From: Sarea resinae
Taxonomy: Eukaryota
Direction: 5' to 3'
Assembly: GCA_026026165.1 (NCBI GenBank)
Contig: JAPEUD010000045.1
Coordinates: 124,001 to 188,000, forward strand
Length of the DNA: 64,000 bases
Shown: piece after piece, positions 12,290-25,681 of the stretch
How positions within the stretch are numbered: position 1 is the first letter of the stretch
Layout: every line of letters begins with the position of its first letter
The notes under the pieces: model-generated
The model's database searches: none
The model's input: only the letters and a program-made list of their open reading frames with translations
Told to the model about the DNA's origin: nothing
Made by a program: the position numbers and the translations under genes

Positions 12290-13100
12290 ACATGGCTGAG
12301 CTATGACATCTCTCCTTCCAAAGCCCGCAGCTATTAGCGCAGTAGAGTGCCAACAAAACAAAAAAAGTCAATATAATAACATAGAGCAGTAAACCAGAAC
12401 ATAACCAACCGCCCCCCCCCCAAAAAAGGAATCAGTGTAACAACACTAATACTCTAGAACAGTGCTGGCCTAAAAATAATAATGGACAAAAAGCAACAGT
12501 GTTTCCTTTCCTAATTGAGCTCCAAGGACGTCTGTATAGCTATACCTGCACTGTCGGTTGATGTTTATCGGGTCTATGTGCTTACTGTATAGTAAGTAGG
12601 TAAGTAGTGTGCCTTGTTATAATCCACCTTACCTTAGTGAGGCGATCTGATGTTCCGACGGGTCTGTTATACTGCTACTGTTCTACTACTACCGTTCTCC
12701 TCCTTCTCTCTCTCCTCCTCTTTCTCTTTCTCTTTCTCTCTCTCTCCTAGAAAGATGATCCTACAAGCAGTACATGTAGATGTACATTAGACATTGAAGA
12801 ATTCGATGGAAGATTAATTCTCTCCTCTATCTTCTCTCTCTTCTTCTTTTCTACTTTCTCTTTCTTACTCGCTCTCTTTTCTTAAGTATGTATATATACA
12901 CACCTCTCTCTCTCTCTCTCTCTCTTCCTTTCTCTCACTTTCCTGTTTATCTCGCTCTTCTCACTTTCTTCTTACTTAGATCCTTGTATCTTTCCAAACG
13001 ATATTAAAATATCAGCACAGCTAGACTCAACCAAGAAAAAAACCTTGTGGATTCTTCTAATCGTTTTTTCAAATTTTTTTTTTCATTATTACCCATCTAT
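12290..13100. other. AT/pyrimidine-rich degenerate tract with microsatellites, possibly a RIP-affected relic
   Basis: No ORFs, many TpA dinucleotides, (CT)n runs; judged by eye only. Confidence 0.4.
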
Positions 13101-13447
13101 CTCATCTCATCTCATCCTTTGTCATCGCATCGTAGCAGTCGCAGTCGCAGTCTTAGTCGTAGTTGCAGAGAGGTCCCTCGAGGCCTCCGTCAGACTGTCA
13201 TCCACATCTCGTCAGAAAGACAAGACAAGACAAGATCAGACAAGACAGTCTTTTATCCCGACCAGCAAGGTGAAGCAAAGAAGAGCAAAGAATAAAAGCA
13301 AGCAAAGGCACCACAAGTCATGCAGTCATGACTAATGCGCGCCATCTCTGTGCGGCCCTACAAAGAGCCCAGAACACCGCTCAACTGAATAGACCCTGAT
13401 CTAGAACTGGGCGGAAACCGAAAAAACCAATACCAATCAATACCCGA

Positions 13448-16039
13448 TCATCCTGCAGATTAGCACCCACACTCCTGTCGTGTCGTATCCATCAAGTAGT
13501 TTCGTTTACCCATGCCTATTCCATACCACTCCCATCGTACACAGCAGGCTCCTTTGTACCTGTACTAGGCTCAGTATCCTCTGGTAGAAGTGGCTGACGA
13601 AGAGACCTACCACTCTTGTGGCGCTTGTTCTTTCCGTTACGTCGGCGGGGAGCGGACTGCGGCACATTAAACACCCCGGGGACTGCGACCATGCTTGAAT
13701 CGGTGCCCGAAACAGCGGAAGCTGCGCCCTCGGGCACAGGCGTCCAATCCAAGGACAGAGGCGGTGGTGAAGCCGAAGCTGAGCGTGGTGTTGTGCGCGG
13801 TGCTGGAGGAAGAAGAGGTGGGGCATTTTCCTTGTCGAAACTTCCTTCGGAGCGTTGCTGGAGAGTATCCGACGCGGACTCAGGTTTGGCTCCTTGGCTG
13901 TTTGACAACGACAGAATGCCAGTGGTGGCCTTCTGAAACGAGTTGACTTGCGGGGTCAGAGGCGGGGACTGGTCCAACAACAAGTCTGTGCCGGGATCCG
14001 TATCAGGCGAGTTGCTCGTGTGTGCCGGAGCCTGATGCGCAGGTATGATGGCGGGGAGACCAGAGTAAACTTCGACGTTATCCCCATCGTCCTCAGAAGA
14101 CCATGAGTGATGTCTAGTGCGTTTTCCCAGCATGACCTTGGTGAGCTGGCCAGGCAAGCCGTGGTCATCCTCATCTGCATCTTTGTCCCAAATGTTACCA
14201 CCTTGCTCATTGTCAGAGAGATCCAAGATCTCATCGAGATCACTGTCGCCATTCCCTTCGTCGGATTCAGCTTCATCGTCGGCATCACTTTCACCAATGG
14301 CGAGACGATAGTCTGATCCTTCCAAACCTTTTTTGAGGAAATTGGCCATAGGACCCTTGGACTTGATAAAAGGCATCACTAAGTTTGATTTCGCCTTGTC
14401 TTTTGTATCGGGCCCGTTGCTATTGTAAGCCGAGGAAGGATCCTGGCGAGAAGCTGAACCTTTCATCCTACGTTGGCCGATTGATACAAGTTCCTTGTGG
14501 CTGATAGATGGAGTGAATGGATCTCCCTCGTTATCAGCGAGATCTTCACGGGTAGATTCACGATACTCGGAGCCAAAGTCAATCTCAGGGTCTTTTCCCT
14601 TGGGGCGGATTCCCTTTCGAACCTTCTCGTCGAAGGTCTTATCGGGATCAACCTTCTTCGCTGAGGTTTGAGGATGGGCAATATTGAGAGGTGTGTACTT
14701 TGATAACATAACATTCATCTCCCGTGCATTACCCGCAGCCCGGTGCGCTTTTTCAGCCTTTTCCCTGGGAAAGCCTTCAAAGTTGAACGTCCGAAGCTTT
14801 TCTGTCATGATGATGGGGTCAGTGTTGCTGGATTCGCTTTTGAAAAGGCCTCTCACCTTCACTCCGGTAGAAAAATTGGAAGGTAGCAAAAGGCCCCTCG
14901 CCCTTCTTGAATGGCGAATATGTGACAATGCGAACATTCTTGGAGCCTTTGACCAGGGATGTTTGTCCGAACCTGGGCTAAAGTTAGACAGTTTCGGAGA
15001 GCTTTGACATGAACAAACCCAGTAGTATGTGTAATGTCCTTTTCGGCACCAGCCATATCAACATCGTCCAGCTCACCTTCTTTGTGCTTGGCGCGGAAGT
15101 TGTGGTCCGTGGACTTTGTTCCAAGTTGAATCCGCTCCAGCTTGACCACGATCTGGCCAGCTTTCGACGTCTCGACGTTTGTCTTTTCTCCCTCTTTCAA
15201 GGATGCCGAAAAATTCATAGCTTCAATTAATTCATCCTCATCCTGGGCTAACATATCTCCAGCAGAGCTATGGGCCGCTGAGATCAGCATCTTGTCGAAT
15301 GAAGCTTCAATGCCAACATCTTGAAAAAGCCAGACATGCTCTCGAAGCTTGCCATCCTTGCCTTCGACCCATCGGGTTTTGAATACTACCATTCCATCTG
15401 GCTCGTTAAATTCCTCATCTTCTGGGTCAAGATATATGATCAATTTGCGCTCGGGCTTCTCGCGGCCATCGAGGTAAAGAGACGCCAAGAGATGAAAAGG
15501 AGGGTGCAGACTCTCAGTGGGGTTCCGGCCTCGTTGTCCCGGAATAGGGATGCGGACGGGGGATAAAGTCTTTGATCGTTTTCCACCTTGAAGCTTGAGG
15601 CCTACTTGAAGGTTGTACTTCGGGGGGTCGCAACTGGAACTGTTGTTAGCTTTCTCTTACTGTCTCATGATCGTAATCAGGAAAGGGGTACCGGTTGCCT
15701 AAACACCCAAGCGATGTTATTAACGGTTCACTTGTTTAATGAAGAAGGCCACTTGCATTGATCCTCGTCCTTGCCTTCGTCCATGTCCTCCAAATTTGCA
15801 TCAAGAAACCCTAGCTTATCTGGACCGTGATTCAGTGTTTCAAAGGCATGGGCAGCGGGCGTATCATCTGCGATGAGAGGAAGCTTTGGTTGGATAGACA
15901 CTCGAAACGACACATTGGTTTCAGACTGAATATAGCATGAGACCTTGTTGTGACGGCGGAAGTGCTGCGGACTCCATTCCTGCAATGCCTTCCCATCGCT
16001 GGTGGTGACATGCACCGTAACACCACGTAATTCGGGCAT
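13448..16039 (-). CDS. Hypothetical protein with N-terminal DUF7918-like domain and acidic/disordered C-terminus
   Basis: MPELRGVTVHVTTSDGKALQEW..VSCYIQSETNVSFRVSIQP; LLASLYLDGR; spliced exon FGQTSLVKG..GPFATFQFFYRSE. Joins ORFs 15728-16039, 14859-15488 and 13516-14937. The 3' end is 13448 if a last intron is spliced, otherwise 13516. Confidence 0.7.
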
Positions 16040-17154
16040 TCCTGGTAGCCAATGAGTCGAATCTGCTTGAGCTTAGGGAAGTTTTGGGAAGTAGCGACTT
16101 GGCTTAGAAGACGATAAGACCCAAAGCCCTTGGGCTCAAGCCTTACAGAAGACGTAATTCGCTCCCTCGGGCCTTGCGTCTGACTCCGAGAGCCTATCAG
16201 TATATTTCGCCGCGACGGTTTGGTTATGTAACCAAATTGAGACGTACAAAGATTCTGCAAATTCAATTCTATCAATTGGGGACGAGGGTTTGTCTGGTAA
16301 AGGCGGGTACAGGAGACAATCTTGCTGGATTCGATGAGAATATGGTACGGAAGCGTGAAACCGCGAAGTTGGTGAGAAGATGACGCGTATGGTTGAGTGG
16401 CAGGTGACAAGAGCAGATAGATCTCAGGTCACTTAAGAACGCGTTTACTAGTGTGAACACGTTAACACTTGAGGCTCGGCGCTGACACGTTCTTGGGCGT
16501 GGAGTTCAGACGAAACATTAATGCTGCTCGGTCTCTACTTACCTGCATTCTCCCGTGCCATCTGGCATCCTCGGCGCCGCATGGAACTCCATCTGCGTGC
16601 AGGGAACACCGCAAGATCATGCACGGAGCCATGGTGGCGTGGATGGGTAGATAGGCACGCTCTTCGTCGCTGGCCGTGTGGACTTCCGTTCCGGTTCAGG
16701 TCCTTGCAGATGTGGAGATAGCATCTTGGGAGCGCCATTCATGGTCTTTGGAAGGTGCGATTTGAGGTGTATGTGAAGACGGTATCTACCAGAGGAAGGC
16801 GCAAACGGCGGATATGTCTTCACACGGAAGCGGGATCCCGGCATTGAAATGGAATGGAATGGGAGGTGGCGAGATGGTCATCGCGCGGTAGGTAGGGACG
16901 AACATGACGGAATCGTTTGTGAATAAAGTAGACGGTAAATTAGATAGGCAGGTAGGCAGGCATCTTTCTATGAGAGGCTAGATGCAATGCGAGAGAAATT
17001 GTTCGACTCTCCTCGGCACATCACAATGGATAGAATCCAGACAAGGTATACAGACCAAAACGCCATCCCTGACACTCCCGGTCTTCAAATATGGATACTG
17101 ATAGATCCTGACCCCCCCGCTCCAGCTCAACCTGACGCCCACCGAAGAATATTT

Positions 17155-19361
17155 CTAGCTCGAAACATTGATCTCATATCCAAGTAAGACCTCCGTGGAG
17201 TTGCCCTCCCACCCTCTATTTCCACCAGTCGATATCATATACCTACAAGCCGGATCGATAAATAGCTGCGACACAACGCCGGTTCGATGTCCGGGGACGA
17301 TCAAGAACGGTACCGTAGCATGCTTGAAAGACTGCTGCTCTCTCAAGTCATAGAGACGTAGGATATCGTACGAGGCACTTCAAACGTTGAATTAGGTCGG
17401 CTCCAGATTCAAGTCAGGATGCAAAACTCACCAGATCATATGCCTTCCATTTGGCATGGCCCTCACCGCGCTTACCGGCCCACTTCCCTGCGGGAATTTG
17501 AAAGTTCTCTCGGAGTCACGGAGGCCCTTATGTAGACTATACTCCTCCACCGTGCCATTCCGACGACCAGCGTAGATGAAGTTGCCATCCGGTGACCAGC
17601 AAGCATTCATGCACCAAGGAGGAGTATTTCGTGGAAGGATTACGGAAACGGGGTTTGGCTGCCGCCGATCCCAGATACGTATTGTGCCATCGATTGAAGC
17701 AGCAAGGAATGTGCTATCGGGGGACTGAGCAGGCTCGTGTGAGGGAGGACCCTGCACGGTGGAGCGCGTATCGTCGTTTGAATGAGGTAGGCCGTTGACC
17801 TGAGGTGGCATTCCGTTGGGCAGCTTGGTTCCATCCGCCTCGTGCTCGGGACGATCGGCCTGACTTGGGACAATGTTCTCGCTGGGTGGTTGTACAGGGC
17901 CACCAGCTTCAACCATACTGACATCGCCCTGCGCATCTTCCTGCTCCTGCTGCTGAATACCATTCGCGATAGCACGAGAGAATTCATCGTCATCGTCGTC
18001 TCCAAAGTTTCCTCCTGAAGGCGCACCAGCTCCTGCGTCGTTGTCGTCACCAAAGAGCGAATCCGCTTCGTTGCCGCCGAAGAGCGAGTCGGTAGGGGAT
18101 CCATGCGCGTCCTCGATATTGCCGTCGCCAGATCTCGAACCCTCTTTTCCCGGGCTCTTGGTTGTATTAGACGAGAGACCGTTTGTGAGAGGTTTCGAAT
18201 CGTTATTTGTTGAGAATGTGCCGTTTGAGAGGGAGAGCTCTCCGAGATCCTCGGGAACTGGTAAGCTTGACATCGGTCGAGTCTCAATGGCTGAGATCTG
18301 ACCACCGCTGCCCTCGAAATTTCGCTTAACCTGGCCAGTATTCAAGTCCCAGTCATATACATTCTTGTCCCAGCTACCAGACAGAACAGCTTTTTCATCC
18401 TGTGCGAGAGTGAGGACCGAAATTGCGGATGTGTGCTTCCGAAGGCTCGTAATGAGCTTTCCCTCGTCGTGTCGGACCGACTGCAGGTTGATACAACCGG
18501 ATTCCAGGCCAGAGAGTAGCCAGAGCCCCTGGTGATGAGTGGCAAGGGAATATACCGGCGAAAGCGGGAGATTGTCGTCTGCTACCTGCATCCTTGAAGT
18601 AGAGACTAGAAGATGCGATTTGTGTTAGCGGAAACCCGAGCACGTCAATATGCGAATCAAGTACCTTGAGGCTCTTCGTTCTCCCAATAACTGACGAGGA
18701 CGCCGGCTTTCGTGACGCTGTCCACAAAAGGATGCCTTTGAGCGACCGTCAACATCGCCTTCCCATTGGCGGTGTCCACCCAGTTGAATTTCCGAATATA
18801 GCCGTCCGCTCCTCCACTAAAAACCCAACGAAGATCTGGTGTAGCCGTGACCGCATTGATGGATGTGCTGTGAGGTGCCGCTATCGTAGGCACAATGTCG
18901 TAGAGACGGGCACTTATCGCTTCTGGACGAACCGCGGGACGAAATGGCAAGGAAGAAGCTGGCCGCGGGGATGGGGTAGCATTTGTGACGGGGGGATGCG
19001 AGGTTGGACCAGGTTGCCTTACACCATTTGCACTCGAGGACCCTTGACTGGGAAAAGGAGCACTGTGAGGTAAAGGCGATTGCGCGGATGTGACCACTCT
19101 ACTCTGAGATTGAGACTGCGGTTGCGACTGGGAGGGGGAATCGGTATAAGGGTCCTGTTGTTCGTCTTGGTCATCGTCGTCGTCGTCGTTATCGTCATTG
19201 TCGTCATCATTGTCTCCTTCCGCATCGCCGTCCGCATCGGCCTCTCCATCCCCATCTATCTCGTCGGCATCCTCCATGGTTTCGTCATTGTCATTATCCG
19301 AACTACCATTGGGAGACGCTGGGCCATCTCGGTCATCGTCTTCGGCGCCGAATGCTTGCAT
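17155..19361 (-). CDS. SPT8: SAGA complex WD40 subunit Spt8
   Basis: Acidic N-terminus (MQAFGAEDDDRD), then YDIVPTIAAPHSTSINA, FSGGADGYIRK, LSPVYSLA, WLLSGLESG, PPWCMNACWS, IYAGRRNGTVEEY, HATVPFLIVPGHRTG, MISTGGNRGWEG; multi-exon. Confidence 0.93.
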
Positions 19362-21424
19362 TCTGAACGTGACGTGGGGCACGAGGGCCCATACGAATGG
19401 CCCCACCCGAAAAAGGTCTAGAACTGGGTGTGCTGTGAATTGAATGAGAAGATTGATCAGATAGTGGTTTGGGCGGGTGGCAGAGAGACAAGAAAGTGGA
19501 TCGTCCGCACGAAAGGTTGGTGGGCGAGTCGTACACGAGTCGTACACCGACTAGAGGCTCAACGGTCGAGATGGAAGGACGGAAATCATCACGATGAGAT
19601 ACGAGTCGAGATGTGCCCCTAAGATTCTGCGATCAGAGAACATCGGCCATCATGGCAATGCTTCTAAGATGCCTCCACGGCTGGTCGAGAGTGGTAGCGA
19701 ATGAATATCTCTTGAAGAAGCGCAAGTCGATGGCTGCGATGGCACTTTGACGTTGCGCGCCGTGCAATAATTATCAGGCCGCATGGGGCCTAGTTCGGAT
19801 TTGATATGCTGTGCATTGATCGGTGCATGCTGTGCACCGCCAGTTGCAGCGGAAAGAGCCGAAAGATCAACAAGCGGCACGCACAGGGATGAGATGGGCG
19901 TCCTCTCCGCAACATTTCATGTTCCATAGTCATTATATATCGACTTGTATCTATCTACCTACCTCCTCCCTATAAGAATTTCGATGTATGCCCCACCCGC
20001 ACATCTACATACTTCTCGGGGCCATCTTTGCCCTTCCATTCGAGTCTGTGCATTGCTTTGCGGTGGTGTCGAACGATTGGGCGCTGAGTGAGGCCGCTGC
20101 CATGGGGGTCGGACACGAATGTGTTTGCTGGGTGGAGAAGATGGCGGTCGGAGGGATGCAGCTGCAGCAGCAACAGCAAACGGGCAGGAGCACCGTGGGC
20201 CAGCACCGTGGGCCAACCTGCGAAGAGAGGGTGGAGGCAGGTCTCAGGCTTTCTACAGACCGAGATCTCTCAAAGTTATCTAGGTAGGTACAGTATGTCA
20301 GAAGGAAGTGGAGGACGTTCAATGATGACGTGGAAACGGGTCTGAAGAACCCCCTTGCCCTCGTGAACTGCTTCTCAGTTGGCATGAACGAAGGGAAACC
20401 CTCACTTGATCAATGACTGATCGATACGTCTACCACTGAAAGCCGTCCACTCATTCATTCATTTACCTCGCTTGGCACGTCCATCGATGTTTTCCATCCT
20501 CGTTTCGTTCCTTCGTCTCCTGGTAAACACAAACATCAACGTTGTGGACTTCGTCTTGAACTCTTTGAGCATTGAATGTCAAACATACAATATCGAATAT
20601 CGAACTTGTCATTTGGAACTTCGAACTCTTCGAGCCTTGATGAAACTCTTCCATTCTCTCCGCTGTCAGCACCCGCCATCTTGTTCGGGGTGTTTACGGT
20701 CGTTCTTGACAAGTCCAGACCTCACTGTGGAAGGAAGCCCTACTCTCATGAGTAGGCATCTTACTCTCAGTTTGGTTGCTTCGGGCTGCGGGTACGTAGG
20801 TATCACCTTCCTTACCTATCTTAGGAGTGGGTGTTTACCACCCACTAGTCCCCGTTGCCAGACGGAATTGGTCAGACAACTCTGACCGACCCCTTCGATT
20901 TCCAACCGGTATGTGAAGTTCCTCGTCTTCTCCTACATCATCTTCGCATCTCAATCACCTCTGACCATCCCCATCGATTCATCACCACTGATTGCATACT
21001 CGCGTTCTCTATCAATCAGGGAATCGCGAATCGCTCATCTTCGTTCGCGTGAAGACCCTCATCTGAAGTTCTCTTCATCTGAAGGTGGATGACCTGAAAG
21101 TCAATGACAGTGCATCTGGTCAGCGAGATCGTTGCTGTTCTGTTTACATCACTCAGGCTAACCAATACACTCGTTGTCGCGTTAGGAGATTGCTGTATCC
21201 CCTCCAACGTAAACTTCTCGGGTACTGTTGTCGACGGGGCCGCTGTTGATAGTGTGGGGCAGGAAGGTAGCCAATCCATCGTACGCGTTTCCTCTATATG
21301 CCTTGGTCCTACACTGGATTCCGTCGTTCCTCACCCGAACCTTGCTGACCTTCTATCGATAAGCACGGCCTCCAAGTAGCTTCATCCAATCCATTCTCGA
21401 GATTGTCTTTGAAGACTCGATATA

Positions 21425-24400
21425 ATGGAGAAGACATCCTATGGTCGCTTTGGGGGGCTGATGGATCTTCAGGAAACAGGTGAGTAAACATCGTCGAGCT
21501 TTCTCGAATGTCCTTCGAAGTGGTGAAACACCAAGAAAGACTGTCGCTTTTTTTTGGCTCTGCATCTGGCTAGATTCTTCGGATATTTGTTGCTTCAATG
21601 TCCCACTTTCATACATTCCTTCTGCATTCACTCTCGAACCACCCAAATTGTTGATCGAAACGAAGGCTCTGATGGGGATCGATGCAATCGGGCCGAGCAT
21701 TCACCTTTGAGTCTGTGTACCCATTCTATATAACTCCACAAATGCTCCTCTTCCGTCCTTCTTACCACCTCTTTGCCACATCTTTCCCAATTCTTCTTGC
21801 CATCAGCATCTTTTTCCTTCTTCTCGTTCTTCTACTCTCTACTAGTGCTTTCTACCCTTATCTCCACCCTTGGGCTTCAGGATGGTGTCGATTACTTTCA
21901 CTGACCAGTCTCTACGCCTTGTAGAGATGAACGCGGATTTAGTCGAAAAGTTCGGCAAGATGGGCGTGCGTCCAGTTCAGCAAATACGGGCCAAGCAGCC
22001 ATCCGTTCCTGCGAATCAGAGCATTCGGGAGTATGAATGGTCGAGCAACGACGCGGGAAATGCGACAACCTGGCTTTCGCAACGAGAAATACCAAGCTCG
22101 GCGGAAATCATGGACCGGAAAGACTTCACTGATCCTGACGAAGAGAATGAGGAGGAGGATGGTGAAGTAGAGCTGTCTGGCAATATTGTTGATGCGCCCT
22201 GGGACTCCAAAGAGCAATATCTCAACAGCCATTATGAGCTTCTAAGGGAAGATGCAGTTGCCCCATTGAGAGAAGCCGTCGCAGAATTCCGTAAAAACCC
22301 CTCTATGAGTGAATCGAAGGACCTCTGCATATATGACAATGTATTTGACTATCCTCGTCTCGATTTTGTTTCTTGCTGATATGCTCAGGTTCATATTGTT
22401 GGAGTAACATTTGCCAACCAAGGCCCTGCCGTACGAATCGCCTTCTCACTGGCAAGAGCCGGAAAGAGAATAATGTGGCAGCACTCAAAGCGACTGATGA
22501 GCGGATCTTTGGTTGCTCTATCGAAAGCTAGTGACATGTTCCGAAAAGACTGCAAGGTGGCGATAGTTGCGGCCAGGCCTTTGGCCGGTGTGGAGCAGAA
22601 CCCGCCCGAGATCGACATTTTTCACGGAGCACCTGAAGAACTCGAAATTGATCCCCAGGAAGAATGGATCATGATCGAGTCGAGAGCAGGATACTTTGAA
22701 GCTTATAGACATACACTGGTAGCCTTGCAAAAGATGTCTACACGACTGTAAGTTATGGATGCCATCAGAGAATATTAATTTGTTGACCACTATAGCTTCC
22801 CTCTATCCGAACATCTCGTTCATCTACAGAAGGACGTTCATGCACCAAGTTACGTCGAATCAAATCCGTTCACCGATCTGAGTACTGCATTCAACACTAC
22901 CGGAAATTGTACTGCATCCTTTGAGAATGTGAATATTCTTAGTGAATGGCCGACTTCCCCACCACCTGAATTGCGACTTGATGACTCCCAGCAAGCTGCT
23001 ATGAGGCGTATTCTCACGAAAAAACTGGCGATCGTCCAGGGCCCTCCCGGTACCGGTAAGACTCATGTATCAGTCATTGCCTTGAAGGCCATCCTTCGAA
23101 ATGTACAGTCAGATGATCCTCCTGTCATAATCACAGCACAAACAAATCATGCTTTGGACCAACTTCTTCGTCACGTGGCGGAGTTTGAGCCAGCTTTCAT
23201 TCGTCTAGGTGGTCAATCCTTGGATCAAGAGGTCATAAAGCCAAAGACGCTCTTCGAAATAAGAAAGTCCACAAACTTGCCACCTCTTTCTGGTAGTCTC
23301 AAAGCTCCGTCAATGAGAAAGCTGAAGGCTCTGGCGCAGACCATGGCAATTTTGCTAAACCCACTTCAGGCCTCAAGTGAGCCACTCGATGCTGCGCTAT
23401 TACGGAAATTGGGGATTCTTTCTCAAGACCAGGTCGATTCACTCGAGCGTGGGGCTTCAGAATGGGTACATCCAACAACGGAGGGGCAGCCGTCTAGTCC
23501 GATGGCCGTTTGGCTGGGGGATGAGCTGGCTCGGTTCAACCTCCAGTATCATGAGCACTACCTCGGCTTCGAGTATGAAGAAATCGATCTTGAGTTTGAA
23601 CAATTAAGAGAGCTGGAGGCTGAGAAAGGAACCGCGAAGGATGATGAGGACATTGAGTCATTGAGAGGCACCTATGTACCCCTACAAGAGCAATTCTCCG
23701 GCAGAAAGCATCCTGGAATTCCAGAGGCATCTGTCCGCAAAGCTCTCAAATTTTCCGACATGTGGAAGATTCCTGAGATACTCAGAGGTCCAGTCTACTC
23801 TCATTTCCAGCGGGAAGCCAAAAAGGCGCTTCTTTCGGTCTTTCGTCAAGAAGCCAAAGCGTACATGAAGACGGTCACAGATTTCAAGATTGGCAAATGG
23901 GAATTTGATAGCCAGCTTCTGAGCAGAGCAAAGGTCGTCGGAGTGACGACGACAGGTTTTAGCAAGTATCGCGCCTTACTCTCGAGTCTGAAGCCACGTG
24001 TGGTGCTCATTGAAGAGGCGGCTGAGACGCTGGAGGCGCCGGTCATTGCTACCTGTGTGGAGTCCTTAGAGCACTTGATTCTGGTGGGCGATCATAAGCA
24101 GCTTCGAGGCAGTTGCGCTGTGCAAGAGCTTGAAGGCCCTCCATTCAATCTCGGTGTTTCCTTGTTCGAACGCCTTGTGACCAATGGGGTCGAGTTCTCT
24201 ACACTCAGCATGCAACGGAGAATGAAGCCGGAGATCCGCAAATCTCTCAATCCGATCTATGAAGAGCTACAAGATCATCCAGACGTGCTGAATCGACCTA
24301 ATGTCGCCGGAATGGGAGAAGTGAGCTCGTATTTCTTCTCACACAAATGGCCAGAAACCAAAGATGCCCAGATGTCCGCCTGCAATCAAAGCGAAGCTGC

Positions 24401-25681
24401 TATGGTCGTGGGACTCTACAATCATCTTTTCCTGAACGGCACAAAGCCAGTTGAGATCACTGTACTCACTTTCTACAATGGCCAGCGGAAGCTCATATTA
24501 AGGCGTCTCCGAGAACATCCAAATCTCAAAGGCTTCTACTTCAAGGTTGTGACGGTCGACTCCTACCAAGGAGAAGAGAATGAGATTGTCATTCTGTCAC
24601 TAGTCCGGAGTAACAGCGGAGGCAACATCGGATTTCTTGACAATGACAATCGTGTATGCGTGGCACTTTCACGAGCTCGATTAGGATTTTATGTCTTTGG
24701 TAATGCTGACCTCCTATGTCAAAAGAGCATGCTTTGGTGGAAGGTAGTCAATGTCATGAGTAAGGAGACAAATCGTATAGGTTTCCACCTTCCAATTGAG
24801 TGTCTCGAGCATAAGAAGAAAATGCAGATTAAAGGTAGGCATTTTCGTCACTTGTCATCCCCATTGAAGACTCCCTGACTTCTCATAGATCCGCAAGAAT
24901 GGGACTTCCTCTCTGGTGGGTGCGATCGCAAATGCAGAGGTACATTGCCTTGCGGCGACGCTTGCACTCTGAAGTGTCACTCGTAAGTTGCCTTATGCTT
25001 TGACGAAATTACTTCCTGCTCACCTTCGCCAGTTTTCCCCATGAGCTTGTAAACTGCACTGCACAACCCTGTCTCCTCGAAGCCAGCAAGAATGCGTGGG
25101 CGCCGCAAGTACAGCAAGTGAGGAGGAGCTCTCCATCACAAATCAAGCAGAGTCCCCCACGGCAACTTAGACCAAGCCCTACTTTGGATGAGAAGTCGCA
25201 TCAGTCACCACGAAAGAAACTCACACCTCCATGTTCAAGACGCCCTTCGAGGTCCTGCTCATCGCCGTCTCCGCCTAAACAACCACAACGGATTCCGCTA
25301 GCCACCACACATGCGAGAAATGTGACACCATCGCCGACGCTGAAGCAACCAACTCCCATGTTCCCCTCTCCTTCCGAGTCCGACGTATCCGATGCATGGA
25401 ATCATTTCGCCAAGGGTGGAGTCGTTGCGTCAGACGCTTATCACCAAACCCGTCTCGGCGAAGACTACGCAAAGGGTTTGCAGGACAAGCTTGACAAGGA
25501 AGCCATGATTAGTCTGTTTGGCGGCGATGGCGCATCTTCTCCTGTTGAGGGACAAGTTAATCAGCAGCTGACTCCTGTTCGCACATTCTCAGACGCTCAA
25601 GGTGGCATGAGGGGCATCTGGAAGGAAGTCTATCATCCTGAGCTTCTGACCCATATGCCTGAACCGAGTCTACTTGATTAG
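21425..25681 (+). CDS. hrr1: ZNFX1/Hrr1/SAD-3-like SF1 (Upf1-like) RNA helicase implicated in RNAi-related silencing
   Basis: YLNSHYELLREDAVAPLREAV, WQHSKRLMSGSLVALS, GPPGTGKT, AQTNHALDQL, IEEAAE, LVGDHKQL, TVDSYQGEE, VALSRAR and one NF-X1-like Cys motif. Exons (21425-21479), 21925-22340, 22389-22747, 22796-24834, 24889-24982, 25033-25681. The first exon is tentative; alternative ATG at 21927. Confidence 0.85.

Noticed and set aside
20005..20385. Cys-rich minus-strand ORF (VCCCCCSC)
   Set aside because: The Cys run comes from a CAG/CAA microsatellite; no coding support.
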